Origin: a virus
Lineage: Duplodnaviria > Caudoviricetes
IMG/VR virus record: IMGVR_UViG_3300049828_000292
Coordinates: 5,349-69,348 of that record
DNA length: 64,000 nt
Direction: 5' to 3' (one strand)
Shown: piece after piece, positions 33,958-42,966 of the stretch
Layout of the letters: every line of letters starts with the position of its first letter
How positions within the stretch are numbered: position 1 is the stretch's first letter
Translations under genes and position numbers: made by a program
The notes under the pieces: generated by a model
Told to the model about the DNA's origin: nothing
Database searches by the model: none
Seen by the model: the letters and a program-made list of their open reading frames with translations, nothing else

Positions 33958-36900
33958 ATGAGCCTGCGTAACTGCCTGAAGAAAGCCGGCCTTGCTGAGC
34001 ACGAGCTGGCGATCCTCAAGGGGAAGATCGAAGACATCCGCGATGAGGAGGGCATCAGCAAGCACGCCGCGGCCGTCGAGGCCGTGAAGGAGGCGATCGC
34101 CCAGCTGGAGACCCAGCGCGCGGACATCGTGCGCCAGGCGGGTGGCGAGCAGAAGGTGGTCGCGCGCGGCGAGTACGGCCCGGTCGCTCCGCCCCCAGTC
34201 GTCGCCGCCTTCGAGAAGCTGGCCGACGATCAGCGCGGCCGGCCAGAGAGCGCGATGCTGCGCATCCAGGATCTGACGGGCGGCGGCATGGTGCACCAGC
34301 TCGTCGAGGGCATCGGCGACCTGACGAACCGGATGGCGAAGGGCGCGGGCTGGGGCTACGACCACATCGACAACGTCAGCGACAAGGTGCGCGCCGGGAT
34401 CCGCAACCTGCGCCAGGGCGATCGCGGCCCACAGGCCGAGTACGACCGCATCATGCGCAGCAACGCCGAGTTCAAGGGCGTGCCGCTGGCCGAGTACCAG
34501 AAGCAGATCGAGGACGCGCTCGAGAAGTACGCCGCGGAGCACGGCAAGCTGAAGGTCTACAACCGCGTGCAGTGGCTCGGCCGCCAGGCAGCGGTCTTCG
34601 TCGGCAAGCGCGACTGGGAATACGCGCTGATGAGCCTGACGTCGCTCGACCAGCTGCTGCACAAGCCGCGCGAGGAGTACGCCGCCGCGCTGTGGGCCTA
34701 CGTTGCCGATGAGAACGGCAACCCGATCGAGTACGAGAAGGCGCTCGAGGCGGGCCTGTGGGAGCGCGGCAAGTGGATGCCGAAGGCCGAGATCCCGGCG
34801 TTCTCGAAGGCCAGCGACTACGTCACGATCGAACCGAAGGAGGGCGAGCCGCGCGCTCCGGTCGCTCCGTTCGTGGCGATCGAAGGGCGCGAGGGCGCGC
34901 AGGGCCGACTGTCGCGCGCGCTCTCGAGGATGTCCGAGATCCTGCAGAACGCCGTCGGCAGTCCGGACAACATGCGCATCGTCCTGGACAACGGCAAGCA
35001 GAAGCTCGTCGTCGGCAAGATCACGTTCCAGGACTGGAGGGAGCGCGTCGAAGGCGCGCTGACGCCGGAGCAGATCACTCAGTCGCGCGGCTGGTACGGC
35101 AACCTGCGCCAGCTGATGGTGCAGTTCTTCGGCGAGGATGCGGCCGATCGCTACTCCCTGGCCTGGTTGCTGTCGCAGCAGAACACGTCGCCATCTGGCG
35201 GAATGCTCAACGTGCTGCGCGCTGCCGACATCGTGGCCGGCAACCCGGTGATCAAGATGGCCGGGCTGGGCCATGACCAGCTGATCGCCACCCTGCGCGG
35301 CGAGGTTCCCGCGAACGGATACGGCGCGAAGCTACTCGACTTCATCGACAGTGAGCTGCAGAAGACCACGCGCACCGTGATGGGCGACGACCCGCGCGGC
35401 GGCGGCCCTGCCGTGGTCGACGTCTGGGCGAATCGCGACGTCGGCAAGATCGACAAGGCCTGGCGCAACTGGATCGCGGAGACCTTCGGTTACGAGGTCG
35501 CGCTGCACCTGACGATCGACGGGCAGAACATCACCGAGACCGACTACGAGTACGGCTCGCGCTTCTACAACGAGCTCACGAAGTGGCTCAACGAGAACAA
35601 GGTCGACGGCGGAAACTGGAAGCCGTTCGAGGTGCAGGCCGTCGGCTGGATCACGATGCAGAAGGTCAAGGGCATCGATCCGCAGTTCCCCTCCGACATC
35701 ATCGACCTGAACACGCGACGCGTGTCGATCGGCCTGTCGCCCGGGATGGGGTCTCGCCTGGGCAGCATCGACACGAACGACGCGATCGCGCTGGTCGATC
35801 GGGCCGCGAAGGCTACTGGCGTGGTGGTGCGCTCGACGCGGATCACGCCGAGTGCGTACTTCGGCTGGAAGGAGAACGGGCTGCAGGTCGACATCCTCGG
35901 CAGCCCGGAGGCGATGCAGGACTTCGCCGACGTGGTGGGCCATGCTCTGCAGCAGACCGAGGTCATCATCTCGCGGCCGCTGGCCGACGGCGCCACGGCC
36001 GGCTACACCATCACCCAGGTGAGCGGACAGGATCTCGCCGATCCGGACAAGGCGCGCGCGTTTCTGGATCTCGTGCGCGAGCGCATGACTGTGCAACTGA
36101 GGATCCGCGGCGGAAAGGCGGGGCCGAACTATCAGCTGCTGCCTCACATCACCGACGGCTACCAGGGGATCTTGACCGACAGCGGTCAGCCTGGCTTGCG
36201 CATGTTTCACACGCAGACCGAAGAAAACTCAAATCTGGTACAGTGGAAGGGAACGTGGGACGCAGAGGAGCGCGCGGCGTTCGTGAACGCGGTACGGGAG
36301 GCAGCTCATGATCAACAAATCGAAGTCGACCTCGACGCCTCAAACTTCGACGTCGTCAGCACCGGCAACGACTGGCGAGCCCAGCCAGACGGCGAAGGCT
36401 ACCGGGCTTCGCTCCGTAACCGAGGGCGCGGCGTACTCGCAGACCGACTCGGCAACGATGAGCTTCGGCTACTACAGGACACCGGACGGCAAGCCGCCCC
36501 AGCGGAAAGCCCCGCAGTCTTTAGTCGACCTGCAACACTTGCCGTTCGACCCGGCAACGCAGCTCCAGCAGGAGCTGGACGAGAAGGGTCCGTCGCAGCC
36601 GTAGGCGTTCACTACGGCAACCAGAAAGTCTCGACTCTCTCCGCTGCCGCCTTCGGCAGTGGCATCCGCGGCCAGGAGCAGGCGCGCGTTGCGGGCTCTG
36701 ACGATCCGCGGCTGAAGAAGCGGGTCTACTTCTACATCGGCACACCAGGCAAGGGCCTGCCGCCCCCAGAGGGCGGCCTGGGCCCCTGGGTCTACCGCGC
36801 GAACCTGCAGAACCTCTACGAGGCCGGCGTCAGCCCGCCGCTCACGGTCGACTACACGAGCCGCAATGGCTGGCCGCTGGACGTGGGCGAGCGCGCGAAC

Positions 36901-39900
36901 CGGCTCGAGAGCGCGATCCTCGACGCCGGCTATGACGGCTACCTGCTGCGCTCAGCGGCGCCGGCTGGAGTCGCGGTCGTCCTGAACAAGGACGTGCCGG
37001 TCGAGCTGCTGGGGCACCGCATCGAGTCGCCTCCCGTGTTCTCGAGGAGGATGTCGCCCGAGCGCCGGCAGGCGTTCGAGGGCTGGTCCGGAGGCTTCCG
37101 GCCGAAGGACATCATCCTGGACGCCTCGCCGCAGGGGAAGCCAGACTTCAAGACCGGCCAGGCTTTCGTTGCGCAAGTTCATCACGGCTCGATGAGCAAG
37201 CTGAAGGGCGACGCCTTCGACGCGAAGATGCGTGGCCGCAGCACTGGTGCGCCCAGCGCAAGGCTGGGCTTCTTCGCTGCCGGATCAACTGACACGGCGG
37301 TGCGCTACACGCGCTTCATCGATGACGACGGGCCGCTCGATCAGATGGACTTCGTGTCGGGCGATGTCGTTCCGAAACCTGGAAGCGACGGGAAGGAGAT
37401 GCTCTTCTTCCATCTCGTCAAGCCGAACTGGTGGGTGATGCGGCGCGAGAAGGATCCGGACAGCCTGCTCACCAGGGACTTCACGAAAGAGTGGGCGACA
37501 CAGGAGCTCGTCGACAAGATCAAGGAGTACCAGCCGAAGTATCGCGAGTGGGTCGCGGCCGGCGTCATGGCCGAGCAGAAGATCACCGGCAATCAGCTGA
37601 CCGACGAGATCCAGCGCATCATCAACAAGCGCTTGAGCAAAGAGCAGATGTTCGAGACAAAGGAGCGCGCCTGGGCGATCGAGACAGGCTTGCTTCCGCA
37701 GGTGGCCGAGTCTGAGGTGGAGTTCGGCTCGCCTACCGATCGCGCCGTCTACCGGCTTGAGCCAGAGGTGGATGGGACGTGGGTCGCCAGCGTCAACGGC
37801 AAGGCCGTGGGCGCATTCCAGGACAGAGTGCAGGCCGAAGCCGCGCTGCAGGACGCGTTCCAGAGCGACATTGAGCTTCGCACCGAGGGGCTCGACACCG
37901 CCGGCGACAGCAGCCTCTACACGCTGTACCTGCGCTCAGCGAACCCCTATGTCCACGATTACAAGGGCAAGCAGTACCGCGAGAAGTCCTACTACGAGAT
38001 CATCAGGAAGGCGAAGGCCGCCGGCCACGATGCCGTGGTGCTCAAGAACACCTACGACGGCGGGCCGAAGGACAACATCTTCGTCTTCTTCGATTCGAAC
38101 CAGGTCAAGGATCCGAACTCGAAGGCCTTCAGCCTCTTCAGCGACAACATCTACCTGTCGCGCGCTGAGGGCGGCCCGGTGGTCGGCGCGCGCGCGGACT
38201 CGCATGCGGCTCAGGTCGGCAAGTGGGTCACGCCGTACACGAAGGTCATGCGCAACGGCGCCCAGGTTCGCATCCTGGCGCGCACCTCCGACGCGAAGAA
38301 CTACGGCTTCGAGGCGCCGGCCGATGCTGAGGGCGCGTTCTTCCGCGGCACGGTCTACCTGTTCGCCGACAACCTGCCGACCGCCCTGGCAGCGCAGACC
38401 GCACTGTTCCACGAGATGCGCGGCCACTACGGCCTGCGTGGCGCGTTCGGCCCCGGCCTCGGCCTGGCGATGCTGCGCCTATACGCGAACAGCGCGAACG
38501 TGCGTGCCGCGGCGAACGCCTGGAAGGCGAACAACCCGCGCGACACGGCGAAGCAGACGGCGCACGAGTGGAATCTGCTGGCGATCGAAGAGGCCCTGGC
38601 CCAGCTGGCCGGCCGCGGCGAGAGCTTCAACGGCTTCACGGAGTTCGTGCGCGCGATGCAGAACGTGCTGCGCGCCGTGCACCTGGACGAGCTGGCGAAC
38701 TGGCTCGAGAAGGCCACCGACGCCGAAGCGCTGGGCATGCTGAAGAAGGCGCAGCGGTTCGTCGAGGGCAAGGCACTGCCGGCTGCGCAGTGGGTGCCGC
38801 CGGCCGGCGTGGCCGAGGCTCCGGCCTTCCAGGAAGGGAAGCCCATCAAGGAAGTCTGGGACGCGCTCGAGCGCATCGACAAGGCGGTGGCGGGCGAGCG
38901 CAACGAGGGCATCGAGGCGGCCGAGGAAGCGTGGATCGGTGGCCTGGCGGACTACGGCGATCCCGAAGCGGCGTACACGATCCAGGCCATGCGGGGCTAC
39001 TTCAACTACCAGGGCGAGCTGGTCAACGAGCTGCGCAAGGAGTTCGGCGACACGCTCACGATGTACCGCTCGATGACGATGTCGCAGTACCAGGCGTTCC
39101 TGCGTGGCGACATGCAGAACGAGGACGTCCCGCTGGGCTGGACGTTCAATCGCGATCGCGCGATCAACTGGGAGAAGCTGGCCGCTGCCGACCAGACCGA
39201 GGACAAGGAAGACCGGATCGTGGTGCGCGGCACCTTCGGCCCCGAGTCGGCCGTGATGCTGGGCCACCTGGGCGAAGAGGAAGTGGTGCTCACCTCCTCC
39301 GGGATCCTGAGCTTCGAGCCGGCGGCGATCCCGAGCACGTCGAAGTTCTCGCCGCAGTTCCGCAAGTGGTTCGGCGAGAGCAAGGTGGTCGACATCTATG
39401 GCTGGCCGCAAACCGTCTATCACGGAACGAAGCGTGTCTTCACGTCATTCGCTGCAGAGGCCGAGCCGCGCACGGTAGGCGGGGAGGGCTTCTCGAAGAT
39501 CAAGCAGACACTCGGAAAGGGCGTGTTCTTCTTCACCAGCGACCCAGAGACCGCGTCAACGTATGCCGGCGTTCCGATCGGCGCGCCGACGACGGCGCCG
39601 ACATTCCCCGTTCCTGGCGGAAACGTCATCCCAGCCTACCTGCGGATCCTCAATCCGCTAGTGCTCACGGCGAAGAACGGCACCTGGGAGAAGATCACTC
39701 CGAAGATCAAGGCGGCGATGGTCAGCGGAAAGTACGACGGCGTGATCGTGCACAACGTCCGCGACGGCTTCTCGGCTGGGGTCGCCCCTTCGACGGTGTA
39801 TGCCGTCTTCGATCCTGCGCAGATCAAGAGCACGTTCAACCTGAACCCCGACGAGGGTCCGGCGTTCTCGCGGCGCGTGATGCGGCCAGGGCTGACGCCA

Positions 39901-42597
39901 GAGCAGCAGGCGGCGATCGCGAAGTTCGGCAAGGAAGACGTGCCGATCAAGACGCGCGTGAATCAGTTCCGCGCGAACTTCGCGCTGCGCTTCGTGCAGC
40001 AGATGCTCGACGCCTTCGCGCCGGTCAAGGCGCTGGCGAAGGACACCCGCTACAAGGCGGCGGCGATGCACGCCTACAAGATGCTGCGCCTCACGAAGAG
40101 CTCCGACGCTCTGATCGAAGCGCTGCTGAAATTCGGCAAGCCGTTCCTGAACAGCGCCGGCGCCGTCGCTCTCGCCCCCGAGCGTGGCGGTCTGATCAAG
40201 GCGCTGCAGGACACGGTCGGCAGCGAGATCGACGACTTCCTGCTGTGGATCGCCGGCAATCGTGCCGAGCAGCTGATGAGCGAGGGCCGGGAGCACCTGC
40301 TGACCGGCACCGACATTCAGGCGCTGAAGGATCTGAACCAGGGCAACATGGCCGACGGGCGCCTGCGCAAGGACGCGTACGACGCCGGGCTCAAGCGGCT
40401 GAACGAGTACAGCAAGAGCGTGCTCGACATGGCCGAGAAGGCCGGCATCATCGAGTCGACCTGGTATCTCGTGGTAGACGCCGCGGGCAACGTGATCGAT
40501 CAGAGCGGACTGTCGCGCCCGGCCGCGGCGCGGCTCGCGGCCCAGACTCCTGGGGCGACGATCCAGGTGCGCGGGCGCGGCCAGTGGGAGCGCGACTTCT
40601 ACGTTCCGTTCTACCGTCTTCTCGAGGGCAAGAAGGGTGAGGTCGGCGGGCCGCACCAGCTGGGCGGCGTGTCGAACCAGTACGCCTTCAAGCGGTTGAA
40701 GGGCGGCACCGAGAACGTCAACGACCTGTTCGAGAACATGCTGATGAACTGGTCGCACCTGTACTCCGCATCGCTGAAGAACCAGGCGGCGGATGCCACG
40801 CTGACGGTGGCCGAGTACGCCGGCATCGCCTCGCCGATCCCCTCGAGCCAGGCGGCGGCGGGCGACATCTTCGTGCTGCGCGACGGCAAGAAGCAGTACT
40901 ACCAGGTGCACGATGACTATGTGCTCGACGCGCTGAGCTCACTGGCGCCGACGCCGATCTCCGGCCCGATCCCGAAGGCGGCCGCGAAGCTCAAGCGCGC
41001 GCTGACCTACGGCGTGACGTTCCAGCCGGCCTTCCGCGTGCGCAACCTGATCCGCGACTCGCTGCAGGCCATCGGCACGAACCCGATCAGCCTGAACGTG
41101 GCGAAGAACCTGGTCGAGGGCTGGCAGCTCACGAACCCCGAGAACCCGATCTATCAGCAGGCGATGGCGGGCGGCGGCTTCATGTTCTTCGGCGCCGGCA
41201 TCGAGAGCGAAAGCGCGGCGCTGCAGAAGCGCCTGATCGCCGGGGGCGTGAAGGCAGCCCACATCCTGGACACGCCGCAGAAGGCGATGGACGCCGTCCG
41301 CACCGGCATCAAGTGGTGGGAGGACTTCGGCTCCCGCGGCGAGAACGTGAACCGTGCGGCGATCTACCAGCAGGTGTACGAGCAGTCGGTCGCGAAGGGC
41401 ATGACGAAGGACATGGCTCACCTCGAGGCGGCCTTCGCTGCCAGGGACAGCATGGACTTCTCGATGATGGGATCGATGCCGACCGTGCGCCTGTTCGCGC
41501 AGATCGTGCCGTTCCTGAACGCGCGCATGCAGGGCCTGTACAAGGTCGGCCGCGAGGGCGTGGCGCCGACGGCGCGCGTGCTAATGGGCAAGGGCACGGC
41601 CGAGGATCGCGCGAAGGCCCTGCGCTTCAGCGCCGTGCTGGGTGCGGTGACCCTGGCGTCGGTCAGCTTGCTGCTGCAGTACCGCGACGATGACGACTGG
41701 AAGCAGCGCGAAGAGTGGGATCGCGACAACTTCTGGTGGTTCAAGGTCGACAACATCGCCTACCGGATCCCGAAGCCGTTCGAGATCGGCGCGATGGCGA
41801 GCGTGGCCGAGCGCGGCCTCGAGGCCATGATGGACGGCATGGACGAGCCGGCCCGCCAGCGGTTCGCTGCGCGCCTCCAGGCGCTGCTGCTGGACAACCT
41901 GTCGATGAACCCCACGCCGCAGATCATTCGGCCAGCCTACGAGCTGTACGCGAACCGCAGCATGTTCACCGGCCGGCCGATCGAGACCCCGGGGATGGAG
42001 CGCCTGCTCAAGGCCGGGCGCGTCGGGCAGCAGACGAGCGCGGTGGCGCAGGAGCTGGGCAAGGTCACGGGCCCGGTGCTGAACCTGTCGCCGGTCCAGA
42101 TCGATCACCTGGTGCAGGGCTACCTGGGCTGGCTGGGAGCGCACCTGGTGACGACCGCCGACCTGGCGCTGCGCCCGGCGCTGGGCTACCCGGAGCGGCC
42201 GGCGTTCCGGCTCGACGAGTACCTGAGCGCCGTCGGCATGCGCGGCTTCGCGCAGACGCTGCCGCAGGATCAGTCGCGCTGGGTCACCAGCTTCTACGAG
42301 CAGGCTGAGAAGATCCAGCAGGCGAACAACATGATGAAGCTGTACTACGAGCGCGGCGAGATCGAGCGAGGCAACGCCGTGCTGGAGCAGTACAAGGACG
42401 AGCTGCCGCTCGCGAAGATGTACACGAAGCAGCAGGACAACATTGCCACACTCAACAAGGCGATCAGACAGATCCAGGTCAGCGGCATCAGTCCCGACGA
42501 GAAGCGAGCTCAGATCGACGAGCTCACCCGACAGAAGAACCTGATCGCATCGAGCGTCGAGCAGGCTCGACTGCAATACATTCGCTCACTGCCATAA
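33958..42597 (+). CDS. 2879-aa large polyvalent ejection protein: glycosylase-like domain, four ART-like domains, metallopeptidase, LPD38
   Basis: FRKWFGESKVVD...VYHGT...FFFTSD..A..YA...AYLRILNP (ART-PolyVal); FHEMRGHYGL (HExxGH); W.QREEWDRDNFW.F...RIPKPFEIG (LPD38). Confidence 0.9.
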   Translation: MSLRNCLKKAGLAEHELAILKGKIEDIRDEEGISKHAAAVEAVKEAIAQLETQRADIVRQAGGEQKVVARGEYGPVAPPPVVAAFEKLADDQRGRPESAMLRIQDLTGGGMVHQLVEGIGDLTNRMAKGAGWGYDHIDNVSDKVRAGIRNLRQGDRGPQAEYDRIMRSNAEFKGVPLAEYQKQIEDALEKYAAEHGKLKVYNRVQWLGRQAAVFVGKRDWEYALMSLTSLDQLLHKPREEYAAALWAYVADENGNPIEYEKALEAGLWERGKWMPKAEIPAFSKASDYVTIEPKEGEPRAPVAPFVAIEGREGAQGRLSRALSRMSEILQNAVGSPDNMRIVLDNGKQKLVVGKITFQDWRERVEGALTPEQITQSRGWYGNLRQLMVQFFGEDAADRYSLAWLLSQQNTSPSGGMLNVLRAADIVAGNPVIKMAGLGHDQLIATLRGEVPANGYGAKLLDFIDSELQKTTRTVMGDDPRGGGPAVVDVWANRDVGKIDKAWRNWIAETFGYEVALHLTIDGQNITETDYEYGSRFYNELTKWLNENKVDGGNWKPFEVQAVGWITMQKVKGIDPQFPSDIIDLNTRRVSIGLSPGMGSRLGSIDTNDAIALVDRAAKATGVVVRSTRITPSAYFGWKENGLQVDILGSPEAMQDFADVVGHALQQTEVIISRPLADGATAGYTITQVSGQDLADPDKARAFLDLVRERMTVQLRIRGGKAGPNYQLLPHITDGYQGILTDSGQPGLRMFHTQTEENSNLVQWKGTWDAEERAAFVNAVREAAHDQQIEVDLDASNFDVVSTGNDWRAQPDGEGYRASLRNRGRGVLADRLGNDELRLLQDTGRQAAPAESPAVFSRPATLAVRPGNAAPAGAGREGSVAAVGVHYGNQKVSTLSAAAFGSGIRGQEQARVAGSDDPRLKKRVYFYIGTPGKGLPPPEGGLGPWVYRANLQNLYEAGVSPPLTVDYTSRNGWPLDVGERANRLESAILDAGYDGYLLRSAAPAGVAVVLNKDVPVELLGHRIESPPVFSRRMSPERRQAFEGWSGGFRPKDIILDASPQGKPDFKTGQAFVAQVHHGSMSKLKGDAFDAKMRGRSTGAPSARLGFFAAGSTDTAVRYTRFIDDDGPLDQMDFVSGDVVPKPGSDGKEMLFFHLVKPNWWVMRREKDPDSLLTRDFTKEWATQELVDKIKEYQPKYREWVAAGVMAEQKITGNQLTDEIQRIINKRLSKEQMFETKERAWAIETGLLPQVAESEVEFGSPTDRAVYRLEPEVDGTWVASVNGKAVGAFQDRVQAEAALQDAFQSDIELRTEGLDTAGDSSLYTLYLRSANPYVHDYKGKQYREKSYYEIIRKAKAAGHDAVVLKNTYDGGPKDNIFVFFDSNQVKDPNSKAFSLFSDNIYLSRAEGGPVVGARADSHAAQVGKWVTPYTKVMRNGAQVRILARTSDAKNYGFEAPADAEGAFFRGTVYLFADNLPTALAAQTALFHEMRGHYGLRGAFGPGLGLAMLRLYANSANVRAAANAWKANNPRDTAKQTAHEWNLLAIEEALAQLAGRGESFNGFTEFVRAMQNVLRAVHLDELANWLEKATDAEALGMLKKAQRFVEGKALPAAQWVPPAGVAEAPAFQEGKPIKEVWDALERIDKAVAGERNEGIEAAEEAWIGGLADYGDPEAAYTIQAMRGYFNYQGELVNELRKEFGDTLTMYRSMTMSQYQAFLRGDMQNEDVPLGWTFNRDRAINWEKLAAADQTEDKEDRIVVRGTFGPESAVMLGHLGEEEVVLTSSGILSFEPAAIPSTSKFSPQFRKWFGESKVVDIYGWPQTVYHGTKRVFTSFAAEAEPRTVGGEGFSKIKQTLGKGVFFFTSDPETASTYAGVPIGAPTTAPTFPVPGGNVIPAYLRILNPLVLTAKNGTWEKITPKIKAAMVSGKYDGVIVHNVRDGFSAGVAPSTVYAVFDPAQIKSTFNLNPDEGPAFSRRVMRPGLTPEQQAAIAKFGKEDVPIKTRVNQFRANFALRFVQQMLDAFAPVKALAKDTRYKAAAMHAYKMLRLTKSSDALIEALLKFGKPFLNSAGAVALAPERGGLIKALQDTVGSEIDDFLLWIAGNRAEQLMSEGREHLLTGTDIQALKDLNQGNMADGRLRKDAYDAGLKRLNEYSKSVLDMAEKAGIIESTWYLVVDAAGNVIDQSGLSRPAAARLAAQTPGATIQVRGRGQWERDFYVPFYRLLEGKKGEVGGPHQLGGVSNQYAFKRLKGGTENVNDLFENMLMNWSHLYSASLKNQAADATLTVAEYAGIASPIPSSQAAAGDIFVLRDGKKQYYQVHDDYVLDALSSLAPTPISGPIPKAAAKLKRALTYGVTFQPAFRVRNLIRDSLQAIGTNPISLNVAKNLVEGWQLTNPENPIYQQAMAGGGFMFFGAGIESESAALQKRLIAGGVKAAHILDTPQKAMDAVRTGIKWWEDFGSRGENVNRAAIYQQVYEQSVAKGMTKDMAHLEAAFAARDSMDFSMMGSMPTVRLFAQIVPFLNARMQGLYKVGREGVAPTARVLMGKGTAEDRAKALRFSAVLGAVTLASVSLLLQYRDDDDWKQREEWDRDNFWWFKVDNIAYRIPKPFEIGAMASVAERGLEAMMDGMDEPARQRFAARLQALLLDNLSMNPTPQIIRPAYELYANRSMFTGRPIETPGMERLLKAGRVGQQTSAVAQELGKVTGPVLNLSPVQIDHLVQGYLGWLGAHLVTTADLALRPALGYPERPAFRLDEYLSAVGMRGFAQTLPQDQSRWVTSFYEQAEKIQQANNMMKLYYERGEIERGNAVLEQYKDELPLAKMYTKQQDNIATLNKAIRQIQVSGISPDEKRAQIDELTRQKNLIASSVEQARLQYIRSLP
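36308..36604 (+). CDS. gene nested in the +1 frame of the giant protein (98 aa, or 48 aa from ATG 36458)
   Basis: GGGAGG RBS before ATG 36308; G/C-ending codons in the +1 frame over ~36520-36604 while the host frame uses A/T-ending codons. Confidence 0.55.
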   Translation: MINKSKSTSTPQTSTSSAPATTGEPSQTAKATGLRSVTEGAAYSQTDSATMSFGYYRTPDGKPPQRKAPQSLVDLQHLPFDPATQLQQELDEKGPSQP

Positions 42598-42611
42598 CAA
42601 GGGGAAGGAAA

Positions 42612-42953
42612 ATGCAGAACACCGACGAGCGTCGAACCTCGTGGCACCAGGCCACGGTGTCATGGGGCCAGCTCATAGTGGCCTTGCTGCTGGGGTTCGT
42701 CACCACAATCGGATCGGTCTTCATCGACCGACTCAGTGTCGATCGCCGGCTGACGGTGGTCGAGGAGCGGCAGCAGTTCGTGCTGAAGTCGATCAGCGAG
42801 ATGCAGTCGCAGACGACGAGCTTCCGTGCCGAGATCGGAGCGAAGCTGGAGAACCTGCAGCGCGGCATCAACGAGGTGATCCTCGCCCTCACGCGGCACG
42901 AGGCGAATCAAGGCCGCATCTCACAGAACAACAATGGCAAGAAGATCGACTAA
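42612..42953 (+). CDS. holin/antiholin-like membrane protein (one TM plus coiled coil)
   Basis: GQLIVALLLGFVTTIGSVF TM; RLTVVEERQ coiled coil; precedes endolysin. Confidence 0.6.
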   Translation: MQNTDERRTSWHQATVSWGQLIVALLLGFVTTIGSVFIDRLSVDRRLTVVEERQQFVLKSISEMQSQTTSFRAEIGAKLENLQRGINEVILALTRHEANQGRISQNNNGKKID

Positions 42954-42966
42954 CTGAGGAGGCTCC

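Noticed and set aside
33958-42597. DarB-like N6-methyltransferase/SNF2 helicase domains in the giant protein
   Set aside because: No NPPY/F, GxGKT or DEAH-type motifs were found.
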